64,000 bases of DNA from positions 94,056,001-94,120,000 of the forward strand of contig NC_058368.1 in assembly GCF_018350175.1 (NCBI RefSeq), read 5' to 3'. Numbering within the stretch: the stretch's first letter is position 1; the number at the start of each line of letters is the position of its first letter. The notes under the pieces are model-generated. The model did not search any database, was not told the DNA's origin, and saw only the letters and a program-made list of their open reading frames with translations. A program made the translations under genes and the position numbers. Below, piece by piece: positions 1 through 13,563 of this stretch. The stretch comes from Felis catus (Eukaryota).

Positions 1-449
1 CCAGACCATTGTTTCAACAAGCGAAGAACGAAATGTCCACATTATCGCTGTAACTTCTCCCCCATCCTGGCCTCACTCTGTCCACTAGTTCACGTTCTGC
101 TTTATTGCTATCTCTGGGCTGCTGTTTCAATGCCATTAACCCGTCTACTTCCTCTGTTTAGGAATCTCAAAGATTCCCTCTGAATCAGAATCAGACTCAT
201 AATTAAGTTCTAGGTTTCATTTACTAGGTGCTCCTTACCTTTACTCTGCTCCAAATCATGAGACTAACGATCTTCTCTCTTTTTTGCCCAAAGTTCTCGG
301 GACTTTGTCCAAGGGTCCCGCTCAAGGCAGCTTTGCATGGAAGTGGTCTCCAACCTCACAGGTTTTAAATTAATGCCTTCCATGTACTAGACGCTGTGCC
401 TAGTTCAGGTCTTGGTGACTTCTTTTATATTAAGAAGTTAACTACCTAA

Positions 450-665
450 GGGCATCTGGGTGGCTCAGTGGGTCAAGTGTCAGACCTCGGCTCAGGTTGC
501 GATCTTGCAGTTCATGAGTTCAAGCCCTGCATCAGGTTCTGTGATGACAGCTTGGAGCCGGGAGCCTAGAGCCTGCTTCGGATTCTGTGTCTCCCTCTCT
601 CTCTGCCCCTCTCCTGCTCACACTCTGTCTTTCTCTCAAAAACAAGCATAAAAAAAAAAAAAAAA
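450..665 (+). mobile_element. SINEC_Fc-type SINE
   Basis: tRNA-like head, (TC)n, A tail; flanking duplication gttaactacc. Confidence 0.9.
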
Positions 666-702
666 TGTTAACTACCCAAATGCAAATGAGATTCATTTGG
701 CC

Positions 703-888
703 TTTTCTTTTTTTAATGTTTATATTTTGAGAGAGAGAATGTGTAAATTGGGGCAGAGAGAGGGGTACAGAAGATCTGGGCACTGTGCTGACAGCAGACA
801 GCCCAATGCGGGGCTCGAACCCATGAACCATGAGATCATGACCGGAGCCAAAGTCAGACGCTTGACCGACTGAGCCACCCAGGCACCC
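703..888 (-). mobile_element. SINEC_Fc-type SINE
   Basis: Reverse head ctgagccacccaggcaccc, T-rich tail. Confidence 0.9.
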
Positions 889-1261
889 ACAGTTGGCTTT
901 TTTTTACTGATGGGATTTGACTGTTCTTGAGAAATCTTGGGTTAAGGAAATGCAAGTGAACTTTGTTTAAAGCATTTATTGTAATCTTTTTTTCTAAGTT
1001 CTTTGATTTCCTCATCTTTCATTATTGAGATAATCATCTATCTAATGACCATCCCCAATGGATGCTCCTTTGGACATCCAAAGTATCCAGTGGATACTTC
1101 AAAAAGTTATCATCTTAGGAGTGTGAGCTCACTGCTGGGGGAATGACTCAGAATCTGACACGTGGTGGTTAATAACCCTGTGCTTAAAAAACTGGGATAC
1201 CATCATTCTATTCGCTCTATAAACATTTGGGTTGTATTATGTTTATCACTGTATCTGTGTT

Positions 1262-1470
1262 CTTTTTAAAATTTTTTTTAATATTTATTTATTTTTGAGA
1301 GAGAGTCAGAGCATGAGTGGGGAGGGGGCAGAGAGAGAGGGAGATCTGAAGCAGGTCCCAGGCTCTGAGCTGTCAGCACAGAGTCTGACGCGGGGCCTGA
1401 ACTCACAAACCTCGAGATCGTGACCTAAGCTGAAGTCAGACATTAATCGACTGAGCTTCCCAGGTGCCCC
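1262..1470 (-). mobile_element. SINEC_Fc-type SINE
   Basis: Reverse consensus. Confidence 0.9.
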
Positions 1471-1806
1471 AGGTGGGTGTTACTTTAAGACACTAAGTTT
1501 GTGGCCATTTATTAGGCAGCAAGAGAAAACTAATACAATTCTTCAATGAGCCTTGACTCTATTCAGTGTAAGTAAATTTGCCTTTGTGGAACTGAAGTCA
1601 GTGCTTGCTCAGATCACCCATTGCTCATTGTCCTGCGGTTATGGTGATTCGACAGCTAACAATCACATGTCCCCATTTCCAAACTCAATCAAATCACACA
1701 ACTATTTGCCTTCTATCCCCAAAGGAAATTCTAACTCATGATATTAATCCCAGCAGTAGAGCTGAACTGAGTCAGAATTCTAGAGATGACAAGTTTCTTT
1801 TCCTAT

Positions 1807-1831
1807 ATTTTTTAAATGTTTATTTATTTTT

Positions 1832-1863
<32 letters not shown>

Positions 1864-2016
1864 GAGCAGGGGAGGGACAGAGGGAGAGGGAGACACAGAA
1901 TCCGAAGCAGGCTCCAGGCTCTGGGCTGTCAGCACAGAGCCCGACGCCGGGCTCAAACTCACGAGCCACCTGAGCCGAAGTCGGACGCTTAACCGACTGA
2001 GCCATCTGGGCACTCC
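1807..2016 (-). mobile_element. SINEC_Fc-type SINE with (GA)n
   Basis: Reverse consensus. Confidence 0.9.
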
Positions 2017-2444
2017 AAGAGGTGAGAAGTTTCGAGAAGGACTTGGGTGATAACAGAACACAGCAGGCCATGAATGGTTGATACCAACAGAAGAGGGGTG
2101 GCAGGCAGTGCAAGTCACGTGGGTGCGGGAGGCAGGGTAGAGGTAAGGCCAAGAGAAGATGCTTTGGGGATCCAGAGCCCCATCCAAGAGATTAGAGAAA
2201 CAAAGGGTCAGGGACATGAACAAAGAGCCTGCAAAACTGGTCAGGAATGAGCCTATGAAGAATGGGATCCAAGACTCAGGCTCTAGACAGGAGGTCCAGG
2301 AAGCTGACTGCCACAAGAGGAGACTTGAGATGGAGCCATCCTGAAGTGATCTCATCACGGTGGAAGGTTAGATCTGAAAGGAGGAACATCTAGCCCACCC
2401 AGCTGGGGGTTTCAAGAGATAAAGATTTACCAAGAGAGTGAAGG

Positions 2445-2659
2445 GTTTTTTTAAATGCTTATTTATTTATTTTGACAGAGAGCGCAAGAGAGCGAGTAGG
2501 GAAAAGGCAGAGAGAGAGGGAGAGAGAGAGAACTCCAAGCTGATGCCGCACTGTCAGCACAGAGCCCGATGAGGGGCTCGAATTCATGAACCGTGAGATC
2601 ATGACCTGAGCCGAAATCGAGAGCTGGACACTCAACTCACTGAAGCAACTAGACGCCCC
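2445..2659 (-). mobile_element. SINEC_Fc-type SINE
   Basis: Reverse consensus; flanking duplication gagagtgaagg. Confidence 0.9.
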
Positions 2660-2677
2660 ATGAGAGTGAAGGTTTTT

Positions 2678-2855
2678 AAAGGGTGGTTCCTGTCTTAGCA
2701 GGTCTCAGCATCACTGGGGAACAGGTTGGAAATGCACATTCTCCAGGGCTACCTGAGACCTAAGGAATCAGAAGCTCTTGGGTGTAGGGCTCCCCATTGG
2801 GCATTTTAACATACCCCCTGGGGCATTTAGATGCTCAGTAAAGTTTGAGAAAGAC
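2678..2855. mobile_element. MER5A-like hAT-Charlie MITE
   Basis: gaaatgcacattctc...gaatcagaagctct...ttttaaca...aaagtttgagaa. Confidence 0.7.
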
Positions 2856-4110
2856 ACGATGACAGTGTCTTCGGCGACAATTAACTTGAGGTCCACAGAG
2901 CCAAGCCATTAGCCTAGCTTCCTCTTTCCTCATTCGCTGGCTTCCTCTGTTTACCCACCAAAGCCCTTCTGCCAGGACCTGTGGAAGGGGAAGGCAGCAG
3001 TCAAATGCTATTCATTTTGCTTGTCATCTTGGGCATGGCCTAAAGCAGATCGGTGCCAAGCTGCATGTATGCATATTAATTCAAGACAGGTTTCTAAGGG
3101 ATTACAAATTATTACTGCAGGAACAAGTCTAAGTAGAATACGATCCAGAAGAGAGGGGGAGAAAATGAGCAATTAGTAATGTACTATAGCCAGGTACACA
3201 ACAAAAAAGCAAAGCCATGAGAAGGCTCGAAGGTAATCCTTACCCTGGAGATCTCTCGCACGAAAAACAAAAAACATTTATAATACGAGTGCTTGGTTCT
3301 TCAGAATGGTTTTTGCAACATAAATGAAATCCTGTTTAAGTTAAAATCACATATATTAGGAGTGTTGTATGTGTGTGAGACAGACTGTTTGGTGCCTACT
3401 TTGTAAACATTTATTCAGCAATTTCCCTTAATTATCTAAGCACGATCTTAAAAATTTTTTTCAGAAGTGACATTTACTAAAATGCTTTTATTAAGGGTGA
3501 ATATTTCCTACGGAATGTATTTCCTAACTTGCAATCCAGAATCAAATTGCAACTTTTATTATTATTATTACCCCTATGTCTTTATGGTTTATCATCCATT
3601 TGCAACTGGCCATGTGAATATTTCTAGAACTGAGAACTGAATCCACATTAACTGAAGCTTGTCTGTAACTTATAATACCATTCCCTGTACATTAATTAAC
3701 AAGCTATTCCTGTGATCTTTTGTCATCTTCTGTTAAATATATAAATAAGAATAAATATACGAAGAGAAACCAAGGAGGGTCAAAATTTTTTCAGAAAATT
3801 AATACTGGATTTTTTTTTTTTTACTAAGAATGACAACTGAGATTCAACTGCCAAAAAATAAGTGTGGATGAATAAAGCACAAAATAGAAATTCCTTTTTT
3901 ATTTTTTGTACCAAGATGAAGGATATGGCCTGAGACTGTACCCATCAGAGGAAATACTTTTCTGCTATTTTGGGGGGTCTGCTCTTTTTGGTGTATTCCG
4001 AATCTAACCTCCTTAAATCAGCCAACAAGAATTCTAGAATTTCCCCAACATGAACAATTAATAGAAAAAAAAACAGCATTTTTTTTCCCTTTGTATTAAA
4101 GTACCATCAC

Positions 4111-4314
4111 GGGGTGCCTGGGTGGCTCAGTCGATTAAGTGTCCGACTTCAGCTCAGGTCATGATCTTGCAGCTCATGAGTTCGAGCCCCGTGTCAGGCT
4201 GGAGCCCGGAGCCTGCTTCGGATTCTGTTTCTCCCTTTCTGTCTGCCCCTCCCCCGCTTGTGCTCTGTCTCTCTCTCAAATAAGCAAACATTTAAAAACA
4301 TTAAAAAAAAAAAA
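4111..4314 (+). mobile_element. SINEC_Fc-type SINE
   Basis: ggggtgcctgggtggctcag head, A tail. Confidence 0.9.
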
Positions 4315-4845
4315 GAATTACATCATGTATAAAATTACACTGCCTCTTGTAGAAAATACAACAAAACACAAAGAAAAAAATTAAAACTACCCACAATCCA
4401 ACCTTGTAGATGGCTCATGTTAACATTTGGTTTACTAAATTCTTGTCTTTTTTCAAAGTACACATAATATATACACAGTCAACATATTTTTCCCCCACAG
4501 TCAACTTTTTGGAACAAATTGGAACCATACTAAATATACTTTGGTTTCTTGCTTTTTCACTTAAAATTATAACTGGGATTTTTATGTTAATAAATATTTA
4601 TGAGAAGAAAAATTTTTGAATCACTGAATGGATTTTCAAGATAAGAATTACCATAATTTAATCAAACCTCTACCGATGTGCATTTACATAATTTCTAATT
4701 TTTGTTACTATAAAAATACTGTAATAAGTGTTCTTATACACAATGTTTTCTATATATCTCTATTTTCTTGCTTTGGGACATAATTATTAGAATGTGAGAT
4801 TTTGAGGTCCCGAATACACATTTTTAAATTAAAATAATTACTATT

Positions 4846-5056
4846 GGGGCACCTGGGTGGCTCAGTGGGTTAAGCATCCAACTTTGGCTCAGGTCATGAT
4901 CTTGCAGTTCGTGGGTTCCAGCCCTGCATTGGGCTCTGTGCTGACAGCTCAGAGCCTGGAGCCTGCTTCAAATACTGTGTATCCCTCTCTCTCTTTGCCC
5001 CTCCCCCACTCTCTCCCTCTCTCTCTCAAAAATGAATAAACATTAAAAAAATTTTA
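4846..5056 (+). mobile_element. SINEC_Fc-type SINE
   Basis: Consensus head and tail. Confidence 0.9.
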
Positions 5057-5182
5057 ATGATCATTATTAATTTTAGAGACATAACTACAAAACGTGGATT
5101 TGAAATGCTGTGCCCAAGTCCTAAGGTAAAAATGTTTGGTTCACTAGTGCCAGACCAGACCTGCTTTAAACCCTTGGCACAT

Positions 5183-5408
5183 GGGGCGCCTGGGTGGCTC
5201 AGTCGGTTGAGCGTCCAACTTCGGCTCAGGTCACGATCTCGCGGTCCGTGAGTTCGAGCCCCGCGTCGGGCTCTGTGCTGTCAGCTCAGAGCCTGGAGCC
5301 TGCTTCGGATTCTGTGTCTCCCTCTCTCTCTGACCCTCCCCCGTTCATGCTCTGTCTCTCTCTGTCTCAAAAATAAATTAAAAAACATTAAAAAAAATTT
5401 TTTTAAAT
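5183..5408 (+). mobile_element. Young SINEC_Fc SINE
   Basis: CpG-intact consensus; perfect TSD taaacccttggcaca. Confidence 0.93.
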
Positions 5409-5898
5409 AAACCCTTGGCACACAAAGTACATACAAATCCTTGGCGTTTTTGTTAAAAGCTCTCATGAAGCCACACCTGTGTTGCTCCTTGGCATAAGAT
5501 GTTCTTAGATGGGAAGATACACATCATTAAGATATCAAATCTCCTTAAGCTAAGCCATAGATGTAAGGTGGTCCCAGTAAAAGTAACAAAGGGAATTTTG
5601 CAGCAATATAGGCATATGTTAACAGTAATCTGTTAAAATTGATGTTTCATGCTCATATGAAATAGTAAACAAGGAAGTGTAGGAGAAAATTCTGAACATG
5701 AAAACCAATAAGGGTGGGTTAGCTTTCTCAGATGTTAAAGCATATTATAAGGTGACGGTAATAAAAAGACTGTGATAAGTACGAATGAATAAATTGACAG
5801 ATTAACAAGAAATACTATGGAGACTAGGAATAGGCCCACAACATACCTGTGAGCACTTAGTAGGTAAACGGGTGGCATTTAAAACTATTGGAGAAACT

Positions 5899-6018
5899 GG
5901 GGCATCCAGCTGACTCAGTCAGTGGAGAACGGGACTCTTGATCTTAGGGTTGTAGGTTCGAGCCCCATGTTGGGTGTAGAGATTACTAAAAAATAAAACC
6001 TTAAAAAAATAAATAAAA
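5899..6018 (+). mobile_element. Short older carnivore SINE lacking (TC)n (tRNA-Lys-like head)
   Basis: A/B boxes (ctcagtcagtggag, ggttcgagccc) followed directly by an A-rich tail. Confidence 0.8.
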
Positions 6019-6190
6019 CCATTGGGAAAAGACATATTACCACAAAAGAATATTAGAGCAACCAGCATAAATGTTATTACACCAACATTTCACACTTTAC
6101 ACCAAAATAAATTTCACAAGGGTCAAAGACTTCAATGTGAATGATAAAACCATAAAGGGACTACAAGAAACCAGAGGAAGGATTATTCTA

Positions 6191-6306
6191 TTTTATTTAT
6201 TTTTTAAAGACTTTATTTTTAAGTAATTTCTACACCCATTGTAGGGGCTCAATCTTACAACCCCAAGATTAAGAGTCACACATTCTACTGAGGGAGCCAG
6301 CCAGGC
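6191..6306 (-). mobile_element. Short older carnivore SINE
   Basis: Reverse counterpart of the 5899-6018 type. Confidence 0.75.
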
Positions 6307-6486
6307 AGATACCCACAAAGGACAGTGGGTTAAAAAGATAATTTTAATAACCTTCACATGGGTAAGTTCTTCCTAAGAATGAAAAAATAAAATTAAAAAC
6401 TTAGGAAGAAAAAAAACTCAGATAAAAGAAAAAAATTGATAAATTCTATTAGTAACAAGTAAAAAATGTTTACATGGGGAAAATAT

Positions 6487-6705
6487 TTTTTTTTAATTCT
6501 TTTTAATGTTTATTTATTTTTGAGAGAGAGAGAGACAGTGTGAGCAGGGGAGGGGCAGAAGGAGAGAGGGAAACAGAATCCAAAGCAGGGTCCAGGCTCT
6601 GAGCTGTCAGCACAGAGCCCGACATGGGGCTCAAACCCATGGACTGAGAGATCATGACCTGAGTCAAAGTCGAATGCTTAACCGACTGAGCCACCCAGGC
6701 GCCCC
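6487..6705 (-). mobile_element. SINEC_Fc-type SINE
   Basis: Reverse consensus; TSD acatggggaaaa. Confidence 0.9.
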
Positions 6706-6904
6706 AACATGGGGAAAAATATTTTCAACTTAAATCACAGGCAAGTGCTAATTTAGCCAACACATGAAGGGCCTCTACAAATCTGTATGAAAGACCAAGA
6801 ATCCAGTAGAAACTTGGGCAGAGGGTCTACACAGGTAGTCCACAGAAAAGGGAATACCAAAGACTCTTAAACATGAAAAGATGTTCAGCCACACTTTCTT
6901 AAAG

Positions 6905-7068
6905 TTATTTTTTTGTATTTTTTTAATTTTGAGAGTGTGGGGGTGGAGGGGCAGAGAGAGAGGGAGAAAGAACCCCAATGAGGGGCTCAGTCCCACGAAC
7001 TGTGAGATCATGACCTGAGCCGAAGTCAAGAGCCGGATGTTTAACCGACTGAGCCACCCAGGTGTCCC
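6905..7068 (-). mobile_element. SINEC_Fc-type SINE
   Basis: Reverse consensus. Confidence 0.88.
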
Positions 7069-7099
7069 CAGCCAAATTTTTTTTTTTTAATACCAAAAC

Positions 7100-7308
7100 G
7101 GGGCGCCTGAGTGACTCAGTTAAATGTCTGACTCTTGATTTCGGCACATGTCATGATCTCACGGTTCATGAGTTTGAGTTCCACGTGGGGTTCTGCATTG
7201 ACTGTGCAGAGCCTGCTTGGGATTCTCTCTCTCTGCTCCTCCCAAGCCTGTTCTCTCTCTCTCTCTCTCAAAATAAATAAGTGAAAACTTTTAAATTAAA
7301 AAAAAAAA
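7100..7308 (+). mobile_element. SINEC_Fc-type SINE
   Basis: Consensus head and tail. Confidence 0.88.
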
Positions 7309-7654
7309 CAATTAACACTTTGACAAGAGTCTTTTTTTTTTGTTTTTGTTTTTGTTTTGTTTTTTATCCATTGGATTGCAAAGATCCAAGTTTGTGGACA
7401 TTCTCAGAAGGAGCTGGAAAAACAGACCTTCTCACATAATGTTGGTTGGAGTATAAATTGATGCAGTCTTTGTGAAGAGCACTTTGGCATCATCTATACA
7501 AATATCACACGCACAGGCCCATTAACTCAGCAAGTCTACTATTAGGCCTTTATCTTACTGATATAGTCATTCATACATGTGCAAAATTTATACGTATAAG
7601 GTTGTTACAGGGGCATCATAATAGCAAAAGACTGGAAATAATATAAAAGCCCAT

Positions 7655-8011
7655 AGTTCGTGGGTTCGACCCCAGAGTTGGGCTCTGCGCTGACAGTGCC
7701 TGGGATCCTCTCTCTCTCTCTTTCTCTCTCTCTCTGCCCTTCCCCCACTCACGCTCTCTCTCCCTCTCTCAAAATAAATAAACTTACAAAAATAAAAGCT
7801 GGGGCATCTGGGTGGCTCAGTCGGTTAAGTGTCCGACTTCAACTCAGGTCATGATCTCACAGTTTGTGAATTCGAGCCCCATTTCGGGCTCTGGGCTGAC
7901 AGCTCAGAGCCTGGAGCTTGCTTCTGATTCTTTGTCTCCTTCTCTCTCTGCTCCTCCCCTGTTCATGCTCTGTCTCTCTCTCTCTCAAAAATAAATAAAC
8001 AATAAAAAAAA
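7655..8011 (+). mobile_element. 5'-truncated SINE (7655-7797) followed by a full SINE (7801-8011)
   Basis: Two (TC)n/A tails, one intact head. Confidence 0.88.
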
Positions 8012-8208
8012 TGCTTTTTTAAGTCCCCAAAATAAGGCCCGTCTAAAATAAATGCTGATACATTGAAACAATGAAATATTAGACAGTCAATAAAAAAGAA
8101 AAGAATGAGGAAGCTCTTCATGTATTGATAGGAGATGACCTCTGAGATAGATTAATTGATAGGTATGGATAGATACCTGCACAATATATGTAGATATGTA
8201 CATGTGCC

Positions 8209-8392
8209 TTTTAAAAAAATGTTTATTTATTTTTGAGAGACAGAGAGCACGAGTGAGGGAGGTACACAGAGAGAGGGAGACAGAGGATCCGAAATGGGCT
8301 CCAGGCCTGATGCGGGGCTTGAACTCGAGAACTGTGAGACCATAACAGAGGCAGAAGGGGATTCTCAACCAACTGAGCCAGCCAGGTGCCCC
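8209..8392 (-). mobile_element. SINEC_Fc-type SINE
   Basis: Reverse consensus. Confidence 0.85.
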
Positions 8393-8994
8393 AAAAGTTC
8401 CCCTCAGTTCCCAACTGTCGGGTAGTGTGAGTTCTCTCCTCCCTGTGCCAAGCACACAGCCCAGCACTGACCAACGCCTGGAGGTCCCTGGCAGCTGAAA
8501 TGAGGCGTGGGGCCGCCTTGGCATTCCTCTCCTTTGCTTGCTGGCACTGGAGAAGCCACTATAGCACACTTTTAGCCTGACCCATGCATGAATGGCCGGG
8601 AGCCTTCCGGGACTTTAGCGAATACAAAATCCAGGGAAACAAAGAAAGTATTGGAGTCCCTTGGCTCTGCTCCAATGACTGGATGTCCAACTGCACCAGC
8701 CACCCAGACGTGGTAGGATAGACGAGGCCCCCACCATAAGGGGGAGCACATCTTGACAGACATCTTTTTTTTTTTTTTTAAGTTAAAAGCAATAAATCTG
8801 TTCTTGTTTAAGCGGCAGATGGATTGTTTCTTGGCTTTTGGCAAACTTTGCAGAGCAAAGTGAACCCATATGGTCTGGAAGGGAAAAAAATAGGGCAACT
8901 ACCAAGATCTGGATCTAACTGCTTAGCTAATCACTTAGCAGTCAGCCATGAATAATGGGCTAGGTCAAGATGAAAGGGACTTCCTAAACCGCCT

Positions 8995-9180
8995 TACCCA
9001 CCCTGTCTTAAGCACTTTGCCTGTGTTAACTCATTTCCTTTTCACAGCAACTCTAAGAGGTATTCGTGACAATGTTACCCATCATACAGATGAGGTGTCT
9101 GAAGCGAGGAAGGTTTAACTCATTTGCCCACAGTCACCAAAGGAGTAAATGGTGGAGCTACACGTGAACCTAGGTAACGC
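8995..9180. mobile_element. MIR SINE
   Basis: aactcattt...cacagcaactct...tacagatgagg...tttgcccacagtcac MIR core. Confidence 0.6.
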
Positions 9181-10239
9181 GGCAGCACCTGTCCTGTCAC
9201 CAAAACGTATGGCATTCTACATCAGAGTAATTGGATCTATAGTAAGATCTACGCACGAGAGACAAGCGTTTATGTTAGAACTAGCCCCTCCTGAAACTCA
9301 CAGATGACAGTGCACGTGAACTGTCTGTATTCGTTCCCTTAGTCAATGTTTGGTAACACTGTGAAACCACCTTTTTCTTCTAAAGATACACAGAAACCAC
9401 CCACGCAGTTGTACGGCTCCAGGAGCATTGCAACACTAATTTTCCTGAAATGAACACGATTTCCACTTATCCTGTTCCTTTCATTTATCTTCCTCTCTCT
9501 AAATCTGTTTCATTTACCATTGATAACATCTAGCATGTGCCGAGGAAGCAAATACAACAAAGCAAAATAAAACACGAGCCCTGAGCAAAACGTAGGGCAA
9601 AACTTCAGTCTGATGAAGACCGAAGACTGAAAATGTTCACGACATAACAGATTCGCGGAGTCAAGACACGTACTTCCCGACTCCCAGTCATGAGTTATTC
9701 ACAGTAGGCAAAGAAGGCTAAAAATAGGGCAACCTCACGGGGCATAGACACAGGGTTTCAACCTAGAAATTACTATGGTTTTCTCTTTGCACTACTGACC
9801 TCTCCTAAGATTCTCTGCTATGAGAAAGCAGGCAGATCCGTTGTGAGAACAGCATGATGGAGCCTAAGAACCACAAGGCTTTGGAGCCAGGCCATGTGAC
9901 ATCCTAATGCCACCATCTTCCAGCCTGTGCTTCTGGGGCTTATGACTTACGTCTCCAGCTTCAGTTTCCTGGGACTCATATAGGACATGATCGGGCTAAC
10001 CAAATAGAATCTAGGGAATAGTGCACATAATGTACGTTAAGTGCCTGACACAGGTGATAAAAAATGAAACCTATTATTACCAGCGTATTTTTTTTCTAGT
10101 TTATCTGTTGAGTCTTCCTCTTCTTTTTTCATTCCTCAAATCATTGTATGTGTTAGGGAAATTCCACAGCGCTTAACACAATTACGGTGTGTGCTATCTC
10201 AAAGAAATGATCATTATCTCAAACATACAGAAATGCCTT

Positions 10240-10448
10240 GGGGTGCTTGGGTGGCTCAGTGGGTTAAGCATCAGACTCTTGGTTTCTGCTTAGGTCATGA
10301 TCTCATGGTTCCTGATTTTGAGCCCCACATCGGGCTCTGCACTGGCAGTGTGGAGCCTGCTTGGGATTCTCTGTCTCCCTCTCTCTCTGCCCCTCTCCTG
10401 CACTCACACACACACTCTCTCAAAATAAATAAATAAAAATGTTTTAAA
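10240..10448 (+). mobile_element. SINEC_Fc-type SINE
   Basis: Consensus; flanking duplication atacagaaa. Confidence 0.9.
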
Positions 10449-10567
10449 AATACAGAAAAGCATGGAAATAACATACCGTCACCGATGTATCTATTAACAA
10501 AGAGTGCCATCTTGTGTGTTTTAAAATTTTACATAAATGGTATCAGTTTGTCTATATTATTCTCTTG

Positions 10568-10759
10568 TTTAATGTTTATTTTCTTTAGAGAGAGCATGCG
10601 CGAGTAGGGGAGAGGAGCAGAGGGAGAGAGAGAGAATCTTAAGGAGTCTCCATGCTCAGCGCAGAGCCCGATGTGGGGTTCTGTCTCACAACCATGAGAT
10701 CATGACCTGAGCCAAGTCAAGAGTCAGATGCTTAACGGCCTGACCCACCCAGACGCCCC
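10568..10759 (-). mobile_element. SINEC_Fc-type SINE
   Basis: Reverse consensus. Confidence 0.88.
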
Positions 10760-13289
10760 TTGCCCGTATTATCCTATAGATTGCTGCACCCTCCCCAGCA
10801 CTGTTTTGGGGATTTACACATGCTGATATACGTGGCTTTGTTAGTTGTTTCAAATGCTCTGTAGTATTCAATTCAATTGTAGTATTCAATTGGATTCTCC
10901 TGCTGTTGGACATTTACATTGTTTCCAGCCTTTCACCATTGCAGAGAATACTGCGATAGACTAGGGTACAACTCACAGCCCCAGGGGAAAAATTGCCAGG
11001 TTCATGAGATAGCTCCATTTTCATCATCACTAGCTATTACCAAGTTGTGTTCCAGATTGCTATCGCGTTTGATTGCTGCAGCTTGTGTGGGGTTTCTTGG
11101 TTTGCTTTTCGTTTCTTCATTGAGCTAGACCTTACACACCGTAGAACCTACCCATTTAAAGCGTACAACCCAACAGCTTTAGTATATTTGCACAACTGTG
11201 CAACCGTCACAATATAATTTTAGATTCATGGGACAGTGTTTTTATTTATAAATATAGTTAAGAAATCTGTAAAGCTGGTTATGTGTCCTGGCCAATGTAG
11301 CCACAAGAATCCCTTGGGAGGGACTAGTCGGTACGGATTTCCTTGTTTTAAACCTGTTTGAGGAGGTAGCTGGAAGGAACATTCCTAATTAGATTATGGG
11401 GAGGAAAAAAAAATCTTTAAATGCAGCTTCCTGTTATTTGCTAAAAAAAGCATTCCTATTTATTCACCTCGAGTAAAGTGACTCAGAACTAACTCTATTT
11501 GAAGACAAGGGGAGGAGTGCTGTATCAAATGAAGGAGTTATTTCCCACCTTCCTGCCAGAACAATTCTTGCTCCTGCCAGAAAGGGAAGGAGGTGTGAAT
11601 CGAGTATGGAGTTTGGAGTAAATAGTTGTGACAGCCGGTGCACTGGCAGAGAAGAGAGCAACCATCTTTTATTTCCCCCTTACAGCTTCACTTGACCTTT
11701 TGATCAAATACTTTTCTGTGCTCTGAGTTTTTAACTAATGGCACTTTCAAGAACTATTTACTCCAACTCAAACTTCATGTATTAACAACGACTTGGAGTA
11801 CAAATTTATAGAAGAAAATTGTTCTCATCCAGCCGCCGAAAGCTCAAAATCAAAAGCTGTTTTCTGCTTGGAATCTCGCAAGAAGATTCAAGGTTCAAGA
11901 TTCAGGGACGTCAGGTTCAAGGGCAACATCTGTGATTCTCTGGTGTTAGTTCATTCCTGTTAGTTGTTGGCTTAAGGATGTCGATTTTCAGATGCTATGG
12001 TTTCATTTCGTCAAGTGCTCCGCAGCTTTCTGAAATTTCCTCCATGACCTTCTGCCCTTCCTGCAAATTCAGAGGGACGGTCACATCCTGGGACAGCCCA
12101 GCAGCAGGTGGCGTAAGACCAGGCTACGCAAGACTGTGCTGAGGAGGAAGGACACAGACGCAGCACTGGCCGCCCAGGGACAACAACACTAAACCCCACC
12201 TTGCCCTCAGTGCACACCCTGCTCACATGACGTGGGCCAGCCCCACCCCAGTTGTGGGTCAACAGACTTTGCCTAAAGTCAGAAACAGCCAGACTCAACA
12301 GTGAACTGTGACCAGTGGTTTCTTCACCTGCACCACGACGATGCCACTGAACTGGATGTTTATACGGACCCACCCTACATCCTCAACACCTTGGATCCCA
12401 ACTCCCATTTCTCCACGAGTCTGTGAAAAGCACTTTGACCCCTCTCTTATGGGGTCCTCCGCTGGGGAGATAGCTTGGCAAAATGTCCTCTGCATGTGAA
12501 TTTAGCATTTACTACTTGAAGATGAAGTGACTGGGCTTGTTCAGGCTCTGGAACCATGCCCACCCTCAGCAACCAGCCTTGGGGGTTAGGAGCGGGCTTC
12601 AGCTCATGAGAAGACGCAAGGAAGGTTTCCGAAACTCCTGTTAGCTAGTTGTACGGATCCCTTCCCTATACATGAAGTGGGGGAGGGGGTGCTTGATGAG
12701 AGGTTGGGGTGCCTTCCAAGGCTCACCCAGTGCTTTAGGATCTGTGAAAATGAAGGACTGAAGTGGGAAATGGCTCTGATTGGCACTGGAAGGGAGTAAG
12801 CCCAGCCAGCAGCCTTAAATTCAGGGTAGAAATAGTGTCAGGACAGGAAGTAGCAAGGCAGAGGAGTGTAGGAATTGATCCCCCTCTTCTGCTAGAGGCT
12901 GGCATCCCCTGGGCCATCCATTCCCCTGAACTGGCTTCAGGACTGGCACTCCCAGACTCAGCTTCCCTGCTCTCCTCATTGATGGCCCTATTCCCCCCAC
13001 GTTGCCAGAACCCGTACCAGCTGGTCCACAGCCACCGCGGCCATGAACAGCTCACACACCTTTCCCATCAGCGGCTGTCCTCAGTTTCCAGTGCCTGGAT
13101 GGGAACCGTACTGTACAGGGAGACAAGACTCACTTTCTTTCTTTCTCTTTAAAACCTGTTCCCTACAAGTTGCAAGGGTCCCAAAAGTCGGGTTGTGGCT
13201 AATGGCATTTGCCCTCTCTCCCCTTTCATGTTACAGACTAAACACGTGTAGCAACAACAAAGCTGTCGTGGTGCAGTTATGTGGGAGGT

Positions 13290-13475
13290 ACTTCCTGTGG
13301 GCTTCAAGGGCTTTATTTCATTTAATCCTCACAATGATCCTACCAGGGAGATATTACTATCTTAATTTTTGGATGAGAACACGGCGATCCAGGAAGGTTA
13401 GGGGTCTTGCTTAAAATCATAATATATACAGGGCAGGGGTGGGGTTCACATCCAAGTGGTCTGACTCCACAGCTT
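13290..13475. mobile_element. MIR SINE
   Basis: tcatttaatcctcacaatgatcct...gatgagaacac...aggtta...gtctgactcca. Confidence 0.6.
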
Positions 13476-13563
13476 GAGGGAGGGGAAGCGGGGATGGCAT
13501 CCACCCGGGTGTAGGTAAGGAGAAACTTTAAAATATAATAAAACCAACTAGAAGTCGGATGGC

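Larger units (their letters stand above)
5490..8200 (+). mobile_element. Old degenerate L1M fragments interrupted by several SINEs
   Basis: A-rich, L1 ORF2/3' UTR-like motifs (accaaaataaatt...caaagactt, aaagatgttca, tgttggttggagtataaattg, aatagcaaaagactggaa); no intact frame. Confidence 0.6.

Noticed and set aside
1780..2358. 192-aa minus-strand ORF
   Set aside because: C-terminal half is translated SINE ([12 protein letters not shown]...[12 protein letters not shown]); no homology recognised and no exon structure
5899..5975. Possible tRNA gene
   Set aside because: tRNA-Lys-like A/B boxes, but degenerate stems and an A-rich tail mark it as a SINE or retrocopy
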